Below, piece by piece: positions 1 through 8,516 of a stretch of DNA of 45,574 bases; the first letter of the stretch is position 1; each line of letters begins with the position of its first letter. The position numbers and the translations under genes were made by a program. The stretch is from Candidatus Micrarchaeota archaeon (GTDB lineage: Archaea; Micrarchaeota; Micrarchaeia; Norongarragalinales; Norongarragalinaceae): NCBI GenBank assembly GCA_037444485.1, contig JBBIMI010000005.1:1-45574 (forward strand), written 5' to 3'. Below the pieces are notes generated by a model. It did no database searches and had not been told where the DNA came from. It saw nothing but the letters and a program-made list of their open reading frames with translations.

Positions 1-47
1 CAGAAAAACAATCACGAAAACAATCACGAAAATAAAGGTGCATTAAA

Positions 48-209
48 ATGAGTAAGTTCTTAAGGATTCAATGCGAGTGCGGCGCCGACGCGGTTGTCTT
101 CGGCGATTCGAAGAGCGTCGTCAACTGCGCCAAGTGCGGAAACACACTCGTAGAACCAACCGGCGGCAAAGCGCGCATAAAATGCCGCATTCTAGAAGTT
201 CTTTCGTGA
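48..209 (+). CDS. rps27e: 30S ribosomal protein S27e (53 aa; missed by ORF track)
   Basis: Manual translation MSKFLRIQCECGADAVVFGDSKSVVNCAKCGNTLVEPTGGKARIKCRILEVLS; zinc ribbon plus PTGGKA; AGGTG RBS upstream; conserved position before aIF2-alpha. Confidence 0.95.
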   Translation: MSKFLRIQCECGADAVVFGDSKSVVNCAKCGNTLVEPTGGKARIKCRILEVLS

Positions 210-318
210 AAGCTTTTCTTTCTAAAGAAAAAAGAAAAAAGCGGAAAACAAACAAAAAACGAAAAAAATGAAAAATGAAAAAAAACTAAAAACAAAAAAT
301 AAAGAGTGAAAAGATTTT

Positions 319-1098
319 TTGAACAACAACCCAGAGTTGAATGAGCTCGTCGTCGCGACAGTACGCAAGGTAATGCCAGTCGGCGCGATTTGTACGCTTG
401 ACGAGTACGAAAACGCTGAAGCGTTTGTGCACGTCAGCGAAGTCACGAGCGGGTGGGTGCGCAACATTCGCGAGCACTTGAAAGAAGGGCAAAAGATAGT
501 CGCGAAAATTGTTTTCGTGGACCGCGTCAAAAACCAAATCGACTTAAGCATAAAACGCGTGAGCGAAGGCGAACGAAAGCGCAAGCTGCAAGAGTTTCAA
601 GCAGAAAAAAAAGCGTTGAAGCTGCTTGAGTTAAGCGCGAAGAAAATAGGCAAGACGCTAAACCAAGCTTGGCAAGAAGCAGGTAACGCATTGCTGCAAG
701 AATACGGCGCGCTTTTCCCCGCATTCGAAGCGCTCTCGCGAGGCGAAGAACTCAAGCCGAAACTCTCGAAAGTTTGGATAACCGCGTTAAAGGAAATCGC
801 GACACAAGAAATAAAACCAAAACGCGTTACAGTGCGCGCACTGCTGACGCTCAAAAGCTTTGCGCCTGACGGCCTGCAGAGAATCAAGGCAATGCTCGAC
901 GCGGTTTCCGCAAGCACGGCGAAAACGCGCGGCGTGCAAACGAAAGTGCTTTACGTCAGCGCGCCGAACTATTACTTCGACGTGACTGCAAGCGATTACA
1001 AAACCGCAGAGAAAACGCTTCAAAAAACGCAGGCGACCTTACAGGAAGCTGCAAGCAAGCAAGGCATCGAATTCGCGTTCGAAAAACAAAAAACTTGA
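319..1098 (+). CDS. eif2a: Translation initiation factor aIF2 subunit alpha
   Basis: S1 domain with AFVHVSEVTSGWVRNIREHLKEGQKIVAK and QIDLSIKRV; C-terminal YVSAPNY; rps27e-eif2a-nop10 synteny; TTG start. Confidence 0.95.
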   Translation: MNNNPELNELVVATVRKVMPVGAICTLDEYENAEAFVHVSEVTSGWVRNIREHLKEGQKIVAKIVFVDRVKNQIDLSIKRVSEGERKRKLQEFQAEKKALKLLELSAKKIGKTLNQAWQEAGNALLQEYGALFPAFEALSRGEELKPKLSKVWITALKEIATQEIKPKRVTVRALLTLKSFAPDGLQRIKAMLDAVSASTAKTRGVQTKVLYVSAPNYYFDVTASDYKTAEKTLQKTQATLQEAASKQGIEFAFEKQKT

Positions 1099-1153
1099 AC
1101 GAAAAAAAATAAGCGAAAAAATTAAGAAAAATTAAGAAAAGACGGTTTCCAAA

Positions 1154-1312
1154 ATGCAGTCGAAATTGCTTAAGTGCCCCTCGTGCGGCACGTACTCGCT
1201 GCGCGAACGATGCCTGAAATGCGGTGCAGCGACTCGCACAGCGCACCCCGCAAAGTACTCGCCTGCAGACAAGTGGAGCGAGTACAGGCGACGCAAGAAG
1301 TACGGGCGTTAA
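1154..1312 (+). CDS. nop10: H/ACA RNP protein Nop10 (52 aa; missed by ORF track)
   Basis: Manual translation MQSKLLKCPSCGTYSLRERCLKCGAATRTAHPAKYSPADKWSEYRRRKKYGR; CxxC-YSL-CxxC and HPAKYSP.DK motifs. Confidence 0.95.
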   Translation: MQSKLLKCPSCGTYSLRERCLKCGAATRTAHPAKYSPADKWSEYRRRKKYGR

Positions 1313-1453
1313 ACTCGAGCCAGAAACCCGGGAATAAAAACAATAAAACAGAAAACTGTGAAACGGTGAAAAATAATCTTGAAAAAAAAAGAAAAAAAGA
1401 AAAAAACAAAAAAAGAAAAAGCGAAACAAGCAATCCTAAAAGCGAGACAAGCA

Positions 1454-2287
1454 ATGCCGGAAAGCGAAAACGACGAAAACAACGAAAACAATGAAGTCTC
1501 GTTCAACGAATCAGTAACGCGCGTAAAACCCGAATTCAAGAAAAAGCATTTCAAAAACGCGTTAATGCTCGTAGGCCTGCCAGGCATAGGACTAGTCAGC
1601 AAAATGGCTGTAGACCAGTTAACACGCGTTCTCAACGCCGAAAAAATCGCTTTCATCAACTCCCCCCACTTTCCAAACCAAGTTCTAGCGCTCAAAAATG
1701 GCCGCCTCCGCGCTTTCTCAATAAAATTCTATTACAAGAAACTAAACGGAAAACACTTAGTGCTCGTACGCGGAGACCTGCAACCATTAACAGTCGAAGG
1801 ACAATACGAAGTGAGCGGCAAGATTCTCGAACTCGCGCGCAAGCTCGGCGTAACAACAGTAATAGCGATGGCCGGCTACGCAACAAACGCGAAAACAGAC
1901 AAACCCACGATTTACTACTCCGCCACAAGCGCAAAGCTGGAGAGAAAACTGCGCGCATTCGGCGCGCAAGCGCCAACACGCGTTGTTCCAATAGTCGGAA
2001 TGTCTGGCCTCATTCCAGCGCTCGCTCGCGCTTACGACATGCAAGGTGCGTGCCTGCTCGTGGAAACGCCGGGAAATATTATAGACGCGCGTGGCGCAAA
2101 AGCGTTGCTTGCATTGCTAGAAAAACTCGTGGGCAAAAAGATAGAAGCTAAAGAGTTAGACGAGTTAGCGAAGAAAGCAGAAAAAGTGTTGAGTAAAATC
2201 GAAGAGCAAGCGGTACAAGCACAAAAGCTGGGCGGCGCGCCCGCAGTCTCAGAGCCCTTAAAAAAAGAATTAACTTACATTCGCTAG
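1454..2287 (+). CDS. PAC2-family proteasome assembly chaperone
   Basis: GLPGIGLVSK, GDLQP, PIVGMSGL, CLLVETPG motifs; C-terminal YIR HbYX-like tail; usual neighbour of nop10; start moved to ATG 1454 because the upstream extension is an A-rich tract. Confidence 0.88.
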   Translation: MPESENDENNENNEVSFNESVTRVKPEFKKKHFKNALMLVGLPGIGLVSKMAVDQLTRVLNAEKIAFINSPHFPNQVLALKNGRLRAFSIKFYYKKLNGKHLVLVRGDLQPLTVEGQYEVSGKILELARKLGVTTVIAMAGYATNAKTDKPTIYYSATSAKLERKLRAFGAQAPTRVVPIVGMSGLIPALARAYDMQGACLLVETPGNIIDARGAKALLALLEKLVGKKIEAKELDELAKKAEKVLSKIEEQAVQAQKLGGAPAVSEPLKKELTYIR

Positions 2288-2454
2288 ACTCGCTAGCTTT
2301 TTTAAGGCTTTAAGGTTTTAGTTTTTATAGTTTTATGTTTTTTTGTTTTATTTTTTTGTTTTTTTTTGTTTTGTTTTTTATTTTTGTTTTGTTTTATAGT
2401 TTTCAGTTTCGACGGGTTTCAGTGTTTTCCGGGTTTTAGTTTGGTGGTTTCAGG

Positions 2455-2811
2455 TTGCTTGAAGAACTTTTCGAGTGTTTGAACAAGCACTCGTCATGCA
2501 CGATAACTTTAACGAAAAAACTTAGTTACAAGGAAGGCGTGCTCGAGTTTGAAGCACGCGTCGAAGCGAACGGCGAGAGCGGCGGAGGCGGCGAGAGCGG
2601 CGAAGGCAAGCAAAGCAAGCTCGCCGGTTTTTTCGACTCTCCTGAACAAGCAGTCGCAGAAATCGAGCGTGCGGCGCGCGCGGTGTCACGCGAAGGAAAA
2701 GGCGTTGTTGAAATCACGCCAAACTTGCTTGAAGAACTCAAGAAACTGCGCGCGAACGCGCGCTTGAAAGCCGCGCTAGCATCATCAAAAACGCGGTTAA
2801 AGCAAGATTGA
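2455..2811 (+). CDS. Hypothetical protein
   Basis: 118 aa ORF with host-like codon usage, GGTGG upstream, co-oriented within the translation-factor cluster; no family recognised. Confidence 0.55.
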   Translation: MLEELFECLNKHSSCTITLTKKLSYKEGVLEFEARVEANGESGGGGESGEGKQSKLAGFFDSPEQAVAEIERAARAVSREGKGVVEITPNLLEELKKLRANARLKAALASSKTRLKQD

Positions 2812-2845
2812 AGCAAATCGAAGCAAAAAGAGGCGAACGAATTCA

Positions 2846-3322
2846 ATGCAACAAGATTCAACGCAGCAAGATTACGAAAAGCTTTTAGAAAAAGCTTACG
2901 CAGGCATTCCTGCGCGCAAAGCCAGCGCAGCAGGCGCAGCCGGCGGCGTTGGAAGCGTTGGCGGCGTTAGTGTGGCTGGCGAGCGTTTCGAAGCGCCGGT
3001 TGCCGATGTTTTCGTGCAGGGAAACAAGACCATAATCCGCAACTACGGATTCGTTTGCGAACGCTTACGCAGAAAGCCGGAAGAACTCGCGAAGTACTTA
3101 AGCAAAGAACTCGCTGCGCCTGCAGTGATTGAAGGCGGCGGCGAACAACTCGTGCTGCAAACGAAACTCTCTGCGCGCGTCATTAACGAAAAACTGTCTT
3201 TCTACATCAAAAACGCGGTTTTGTGCGGAGAGTGCGGAAAGCCGGACACGCACGTAGAACTACTGCAAAGAGTACGCGTCCTCGTTTGTGAAGCGTGCGG
3301 CGCGCGCAAGCCAATCCACTGA
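2846..3322 (+). CDS. eif2b: Translation initiation factor aIF2 subunit beta
   Basis: YEKLLEKAY, ERFEAP, GNKTIIRN, KELAA, CGECGKPDT and CEACGA zinc ribbon; small G/A-rich insert after the N-terminal helix. Confidence 0.93.
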   Translation: MQQDSTQQDYEKLLEKAYAGIPARKASAAGAAGGVGSVGGVSVAGERFEAPVADVFVQGNKTIIRNYGFVCERLRRKPEELAKYLSKELAAPAVIEGGGEQLVLQTKLSARVINEKLSFYIKNAVLCGECGKPDTHVELLQRVRVLVCEACGARKPIH

Positions 3323-3414
3323 AAAAAAACCTAAACCATTTGTTTTAAATTAATGAGCTTGCTTTTTGTAGGAGAGTTGAATGAAGAGGTTTGAGTGTTG
3401 CAGGAGAGGTTGAG

Positions 3415-3476
3415 TGTCGTAAAAGGAATTGAATGAAGAAAAGGAATTGAATGAAGAAAAGGGATTTAATGAAGAG
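3415..3476 (+). repeat. About 3 imperfect copies of an 18 bp unit AAAAGGAATTGAATGAAG upstream of aIF1A
   Basis: Direct reading. Confidence 0.75.
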
Positions 3477-3483
3477 GAGTTGA

Positions 3484-3786
3484 GTGTTTTTGGTTGAAGA
3501 ACAACAACCTGAATTCGTGCGCGTAAGAATGCCGCATCCAGGCGAGATTTTCGGAATCGTGACGGAAATGCACGGCGGCGCGCGAATGATGGTTCAATGC
3601 GTTGACGGCAAGACGCGTTTGTGCCGCGTTCCAGGAAAAATCAAGCGAAAAATCTGGGTGAAGGTCGGCGACGTTGTTCTCGTAACTCCTTGGAGCATAG
3701 AGCCTGAAACGAAGGGCGACATTACTTACCGGTACACGCGCTTGCAGGCGGACGAACTCCGCAGGCGCGGAATACTAAAAATCTAG
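3484..3786 (+). CDS. eif1a: Translation initiation factor aIF1A
   Basis: RVRMP..GEIFGIV, CVDGKTRLCRVPGKIKRKIWVKVGDVVLV.PW, KGDITYRY; GAGGAG RBS. Confidence 0.95.
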   Translation: MFLVEEQQPEFVRVRMPHPGEIFGIVTEMHGGARMMVQCVDGKTRLCRVPGKIKRKIWVKVGDVVLVTPWSIEPETKGDITYRYTRLQADELRRRGILKI

Positions 3787-4205
3787 TGCTTAAAAATCAG
3801 GCTGAAAAGTAAAGTTACCCTATCTTTTACCATAAACATCACTTATCTCTAATCATAAACCACACTCGTCTTTCACCAGCGATTACGCCTAACGCACGCG
3901 ATTAAGAAAAGTTTCAGCGAAGCTGAAATTTGGGGCGAGTATTTTTTGAGGCGATTCCGTAAAGCAAGCAAACCTTCATAACCGTTACTCAATGCCGTTG
4001 TTCAACACATTGAGTGAAGCGAGTGAAGCGAAAGTCTGCAGGAACGTGGTTCGAGCGTTAGCGAGAAAGTTGGAAGCTGGCAGCAGTGAAAGTTTAGAAG
4101 CTGGCAGCAGTGAAAGCCAGAAGTCGGCGGCGGCGGAAGAAAGCGCAGCAATAAAACTTTACGGGAAAACTTAAAAAAACTTAAAAAACAATATTAAAAA
4201 ACTAG

Positions 4206-4464
4206 TGGGCCCGCCGGGATTTTCGTCCGCCTTTCTTTCTTTTCCAAGGTTTTTTCTTTTCCTAAAAGAAAAAAGCTTTTTTTCAAGGTTTTTTCTTTTC
4301 CTAAAAGAAAAAAGCTTTTTTTCAAGGTTTTTTCTTTTCCTAAAAGAAAAAAGCTTTTTTTCGAACCCGGGAACCTTTCGATTTCTGCCTTATTCAGCTT
4401 GGTTATCAGTCTCGTTTTCCCTCGCGGGAATCGAACGCTCTAAACCAGGCTGAGCTACGGGCCC
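4206..4464 (-). tRNA. tRNA-Ile(GAT) with three introns: 30/31 (4411-4431, 21 nt), 37/38 (4383-4403, 21 nt) and 59/60 (4220-4359, 140 nt)
   Basis: Spliced 77 nt cloverleaf GGGCCCG TA GCTC AGCCTGGTTTA GAGC G TTCGA CTGATAA TCGAA AGGTTC CCGGG TTCGAAT CCCGG CGGGCCC A; BHB central helices CGTT/AACG and TTCG/CGAA; the 37/38 motif is relaxed; CCA not encoded. Confidence 0.88.
4245..4361. repeat. 3 x 39 bp tandem hairpin repeat filling most of the tRNA-Ile T-loop intron
   Basis: Units start at 4245, 4284 and 4323; each contains the hairpin AAGGTTTTTTCTTTT-CCT-AAAAGAAAAAAGCTT followed by a T run. Confidence 0.95.
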
Positions 4465-4602
4465 ACGCTTAAAAAATTTAAAAAAATTAAAAAATTTTGT
4501 GCAGCAAAGTTTTTTAACGTATGCAAATTTTTAACACATGCAAAAAAAGTTTTTTTTGATGCACGCAAAAGTGTGTTGCAAGTGCTACAAGTGCTACAAG
4601 CG

Positions 4603-7600
4603 CTACAAGTAGTTCGCGAGACTAAACTGTTTTTTTGACTCGTCTTCAAACATTCCCGCAATTTCTTTCTCTAGCAGCATCAAGCGTTGTTTTAAGTAAA
4701 GCGGCAGCCCGTATTTTTCCGCTATTTCCTGCGAAATCTTGAGGTATTTTTCGGCGCTTGCTTTGCTGACCGTCAACAACAAGCGGCCGCCGCACTTCAA
4801 ACACTTTCCTGCAAGTGGAGCGCGTCGGTAACGCGCGTTGCAATCAACGCAACGCAACGACTGCTTCGAATACCGCCGCAGGTTCCCATACAAGTCCGGG
4901 AAAAAATGTGAAATAATGAGTCTCTCTGCAGCGTCGCTCGCATCTACAGCGCGAATCCTCGTCATCAACGCGAGTTCGTCCTCAACTTTTTCACGCATGT
5001 TTTTTAACTGGACGTACTTAGTTTGCAGTGGTCCTTCTATTCGCGCGTCGTGCGTAAAACCGATTCCCTCGAACTGCGAGGGCGTGCCGAGACGCGTTGA
5101 AACCAAGTCGAGCTTAACTTCACTCGGGTTTGCAAGCCGCTGCGTCGCTTCGTAAAACTCGAGCGGGTACTCGCTGCATGCTTCCATCGAATGCGCTTCG
5201 CGGTCGATTTCGTTTGGGTCGAGCTCTTGAATTAAAACTAACGGCGCATCCATCTGTCCGCCGCGCGACGCCGGCAGGTAATGGCGTGAAAAGTTGAGGA
5301 ACGCGTCCATTAAAAGCATTACCGCGTCCTCGTCGCCGTCGCAATTGCGTCTCGTCGCGCAGTGCAAGTAGGGGTGTGCTAGAATTCCTTGAACGTCGCT
5401 GAAGCCAATCACGCGCGCGACGATTCCAGCGCTAGTGTGTGGAGCGATTACGATAACTGCTTGCCCAACTAAATCGTGGGGAGTTCGCGCGTTGTAATAC
5501 GCTGGTAGTCCGTAGTAATAAACGAGTAAGTCGTCGACGAACTTTGAGACTCGCAACAAGTAATCGCCAGCGTTTTTCGACAACACCACATCTTGGGGAA
5601 ACAATTCGATTAACTGCTCGTCGCTATCTAGCGGCTTGCCGAGATAGTCTCTCGCGTAACCCAATCGTTTCACGTCTTCAACGCTCGCTCCAATCTCGCG
5701 GGACGTAAAGTGCGTTAAAGGAATTTCGGTTGCGTCGTGGCGAATCGTGCCGTCGCGGAACACGTTTACCTCGTGCTTGCTGCGCAGGATTCCTTTTTCA
5801 AGCGGCTCTATAGTCTTGTCGAGCGAAATCAAGCCGACCACGCCTTTGACTGTTGAAGGAGTGAAGTTAACGCGTTTGCTTGCATCCTCAAATTGTTTGA
5901 CTAAATCAACCCGCGTTTTTTCGAAGTCAACCAACTTCCCGCCGCACTTTTCGCACTTGCGGCCGTCTCCGCGCTCGCGCTGCGCGCTAACGTTGTTCAG
6001 CGTTTCAACGACGCCTACGTCGACGATGTTGACGCCGCTTTCGCCGCTAGCCGCGTTTTTGTTTTCACGAGTTTTTTTATCGCGTGGTTTTAATTTGTCG
6101 CGTGGTGTTAACGCGTGGCACGACGCGCACTCGCTTGCAACTAGCGTTTTTCCGCCGCACGCGCTGCACGCGAACGCGAAATTTTTTTTTCCGCACTCGA
6201 CGCAAGCGCGAATGCTTGCTTCAACTTCAATGAATTGTTCGTTCTTGTTTTTTTTCTTTAACTCGCGTGCAGCTCGCGCGATGTCGCGCGTCTTGCCGCC
6301 GTTCCAACCAATTGGGTAGAGGGCATGCACCGGCGGCTTCATTTCGCGTGGCTTGCTTTTCTCTGGCCTGCCCATGCTCGCGCCGATGTACGTGCCTGTC
6401 TTCGCGCGGATTTTGAAGGGCGCGATCGAGTTTATTAAGGCTAGCACGTTGTTTTCGCTTTCTGTTGCAGGCGCCGGCGTTACCGGGTTTTCTATGGTGG
6501 CTTGTTGGCTTTGCTTGAATTCGTTGATTGCTTGCAGGATTTTTTTGTTGGAGATTTTCTTGGTTTTAGCGTCGAAGAGCGCAAGCGTTTCAAGCAACGC
6601 GAGCGCGTGTTCTTTTTCGATTACTACTTCGCCTTCGCTTACTGAGTGCGGCACGCACAGCATTTCAAGGATTTCTTTCCTGTCGTCTAACGGCGCGTGC
6701 AAGCGTTTGGGTTCAAACCAATCGTATTCGAGCGTGCTTTCGCCGAGGTATTCAGCGAGACGCTTTAATTGTTCGAGCGTTAAATCACTCCAAAAAAACG
6801 TGTGCGCTGGAGCTAGAGGCACGCCGGTTTCGAGTGCGAGTTTCTTCGCTTGAGCGAAAGAGAGCGCGCGGAGTTCTTCAATTGTTTTCTTGACTTCTTT
6901 CGCTTGGAGTTCGCGTTGCATCCATTCCTCGCACCATCCGGAAGGCGCGAGCGGGTGGTTTGTTTGTTTGAAGTCGCCGTAAGTAGTAAGCAAATCGCCT
7001 AAAAACAAGATTTTTTTAACGCGTGGCTTTACTTGAAGTGCTTCATCCACCGAGTTTACTTGCATTACTTTTCCGTCTTCAAGCAATACGACTGGCGGTT
7101 CAAGCGCGCTGCAAGGCGTGATGACGCACGCTTTCCCAGGCCGTTCAGTCTTCAACTGCGTGCCGAAAGCCGGAAAATCGTCGAGCAACGTCATCGCAGC
7201 CGGGTGCGTTGCCTTCGCTTGAATTCCAGTAAAGCGCGTGCGGCCGTAACGCAAGCGAAAACCACCTGGACGCATTGGGTGCGAGAAAATTGGTCTCCCA
7301 CCAACTATCTCGTCCATGTATTTTCGCAATGGTTTTATTTCTACGCGTTGCACTTCTTGTTTGGCGACTTTAATGAGTTTCTCGAGCCAACCCCAGTCTA
7401 AACCAAGCTTGCGGGCGATTGACAGCACTTTCGCTGCTTTCAAGCAAATTCCTTCACTGATTACGAGGTACACTCCGCCGCGCACGCGGTTTGACTCAAC
7501 TCCCGGAAGGTTGCGGTGCACGCTCACTTCGTAATCTTCAGTCGGCTCGCCATCAATGCGCACCGGACAATTCGAGACAACGTGCCTTACTTCATCTTCG

Positions 7601-8277
7601 CTAGGCTGGTATTGTCCGACGCGGGTGCGCAGAGCATACAAGTTGCATTCCTCGACGTAACGCTCTACCTCGTCGCCGAGCGGCCGATAGTTTTCTAGTC
7701 CAGCGAGCTTGCGGCAGTAATCGCCGAGAAGCAACGTCACCGCTTGTCCTGTCCCGCCGGCGCCGCGAATCGGGCCCGCAAAATAAACTGCCAAGTAACG
7801 AGAACCGTCAGCGTTCTTGCGGACTCGCACTTGCGAAACGCCTTCAATGGGCGCGCTTACGACGCCTTCAGTGAAAACCGCTAGGCCAGTGCGAATCGCT
7901 TGCTCCACGCGTTTTTCAACGCTAGCGTTTTCGAAGCCGAAGCCGCCGGCCATTATTTCCTTCGCAATCGCGAAAGAAACTTCTTCCCGCTTTAGCGAAG
8001 TTGAAAGCTCGCGAATGCGTTCAGCTACTCCAACCGGGCCGACTAGTCCCTCGACGCGGGAAGCTAAATCGCTTGCGAGGAAAACCTCGACGCTCGCCTC
8101 CGCATCCATAGCCTTCGCTCTAACCGCGCTCGCGCGTTCAAGCGCGCGCTGCGTCTCAGCACGCAGCGAGTCAAAGTAAGCGCGAATTTCCGGCGAGCTC
8201 GACCGTCTCACGCTTTCGCCTCCGCTTTCGTTTTTGTTTTCGTTTTCGTCTTCAGTTTTTTCTGTTTTTTCTTTCAT
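4603..8277 (-). CDS. polC: DNA polymerase D large subunit DP2
   Basis: EGVVSAPIEG, YFAGPIRGAGGT, GGFRLRYGRTR, QLKTERPGK, MGRPEKSK, catalytic RRNCDGDED, RGGQMDAP and C-terminal Zn finger; no intein; start ATG 8277 or TTG 8286. Confidence 0.97.
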   Translation of the reverse strand: MKEKTEKTEDENENKNESGGESVRRSSSPEIRAYFDSLRAETQRALERASAVRAKAMDAEASVEVFLASDLASRVEGLVGPVGVAERIRELSTSLKREEVSFAIAKEIMAGGFGFENASVEKRVEQAIRTGLAVFTEGVVSAPIEGVSQVRVRKNADGSRYLAVYFAGPIRGAGGTGQAVTLLLGDYCRKLAGLENYRPLGDEVERYVEECNLYALRTRVGQYQPSEDEVRHVVSNCPVRIDGEPTEDYEVSVHRNLPGVESNRVRGGVYLVISEGICLKAAKVLSIARKLGLDWGWLEKLIKVAKQEVQRVEIKPLRKYMDEIVGGRPIFSHPMRPGGFRLRYGRTRFTGIQAKATHPAAMTLLDDFPAFGTQLKTERPGKACVITPCSALEPPVVLLEDGKVMQVNSVDEALQVKPRVKKILFLGDLLTTYGDFKQTNHPLAPSGWCEEWMQRELQAKEVKKTIEELRALSFAQAKKLALETGVPLAPAHTFFWSDLTLEQLKRLAEYLGESTLEYDWFEPKRLHAPLDDRKEILEMLCVPHSVSEGEVVIEKEHALALLETLALFDAKTKKISNKKILQAINEFKQSQQATIENPVTPAPATESENNVLALINSIAPFKIRAKTGTYIGASMGRPEKSKPREMKPPVHALYPIGWNGGKTRDIARAARELKKKNKNEQFIEVEASIRACVECGKKNFAFACSACGGKTLVASECASCHALTPRDKLKPRDKKTRENKNAASGESGVNIVDVGVVETLNNVSAQRERGDGRKCEKCGGKLVDFEKTRVDLVKQFEDASKRVNFTPSTVKGVVGLISLDKTIEPLEKGILRSKHEVNVFRDGTIRHDATEIPLTHFTSREIGASVEDVKRLGYARDYLGKPLDSDEQLIELFPQDVVLSKNAGDYLLRVSKFVDDLLVYYYGLPAYYNARTPHDLVGQAVIVIAPHTSAGIVARVIGFSDVQGILAHPYLHCATRRNCDGDEDAVMLLMDAFLNFSRHYLPASRGGQMDAPLVLIQELDPNEIDREAHSMEACSEYPLEFYEATQRLANPSEVKLDLVSTRLGTPSQFEGIGFTHDARIEGPLQTKYVQLKNMREKVEDELALMTRIRAVDASDAAERLIISHFFPDLYGNLRRYSKQSLRCVDCNARYRRAPLAGKCLKCGGRLLLTVSKASAEKYLKISQEIAEKYGLPLYLKQRLMLLEKEIAGMFEDESKKQFSLANYL

Positions 8278-8516
8278 TTGAATCAAAAACCGTTTCGTTT
8301 TTTTTCGTTTTTTCTCGTTAGTTTCTTTTAATCGCGGCGTTTGCCGGGGAGTGGTTCAAGCAGGGTTCGAGTTCGAGTTTCACTCGAAGTTTTCACTCGA
8401 AGTTGTTGGGTTTGCTTCGTGTTTGCTTCAGTTTGCTTTAGATTTGATTGTAGTGTTTTGAGTTGAGTGCTTGAGTTCGAGTGGTTAAGTTCGGGTGGCA
8501 TGTTGTAGTCAAGCGA

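Noticed and set aside
1379-1453. Lys-rich N-terminal extension of the PAC2 protein
   Set aside because: Translation of an A-rich intergenic tract; ATG 1454 is more plausible
3992-4174. 60 aa ORF between aIF1A and tRNA-Ile
   Set aside because: No recognisable motif or RBS, and partly made of a 24 bp duplication; cannot be supported
4245-4361. CRISPR array interpretation of the 39-40 bp repeats (also 27481-27595)
   Set aside because: Units are directly adjacent with no unique spacers, and no cas genes are in the window
4205-4453. 82 aa ORF with RFFLFLKEKSFFS repeats
   Set aside because: Antisense shadow of tRNA-Ile; the 13 aa periodicity is just the 39 bp repeat
5330-5350. Intein in DP2
   Set aside because: RRNCDGDED is contiguous and the protein length is normal
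8335-8410. tRNA-like fragments (GCCGGGG, TGGTTCAAG, GGTTCGAG) between DP2 and DP1
   Set aside because: No cloverleaf or matching acceptor stem could be built; looks like GTTCGA microrepeats
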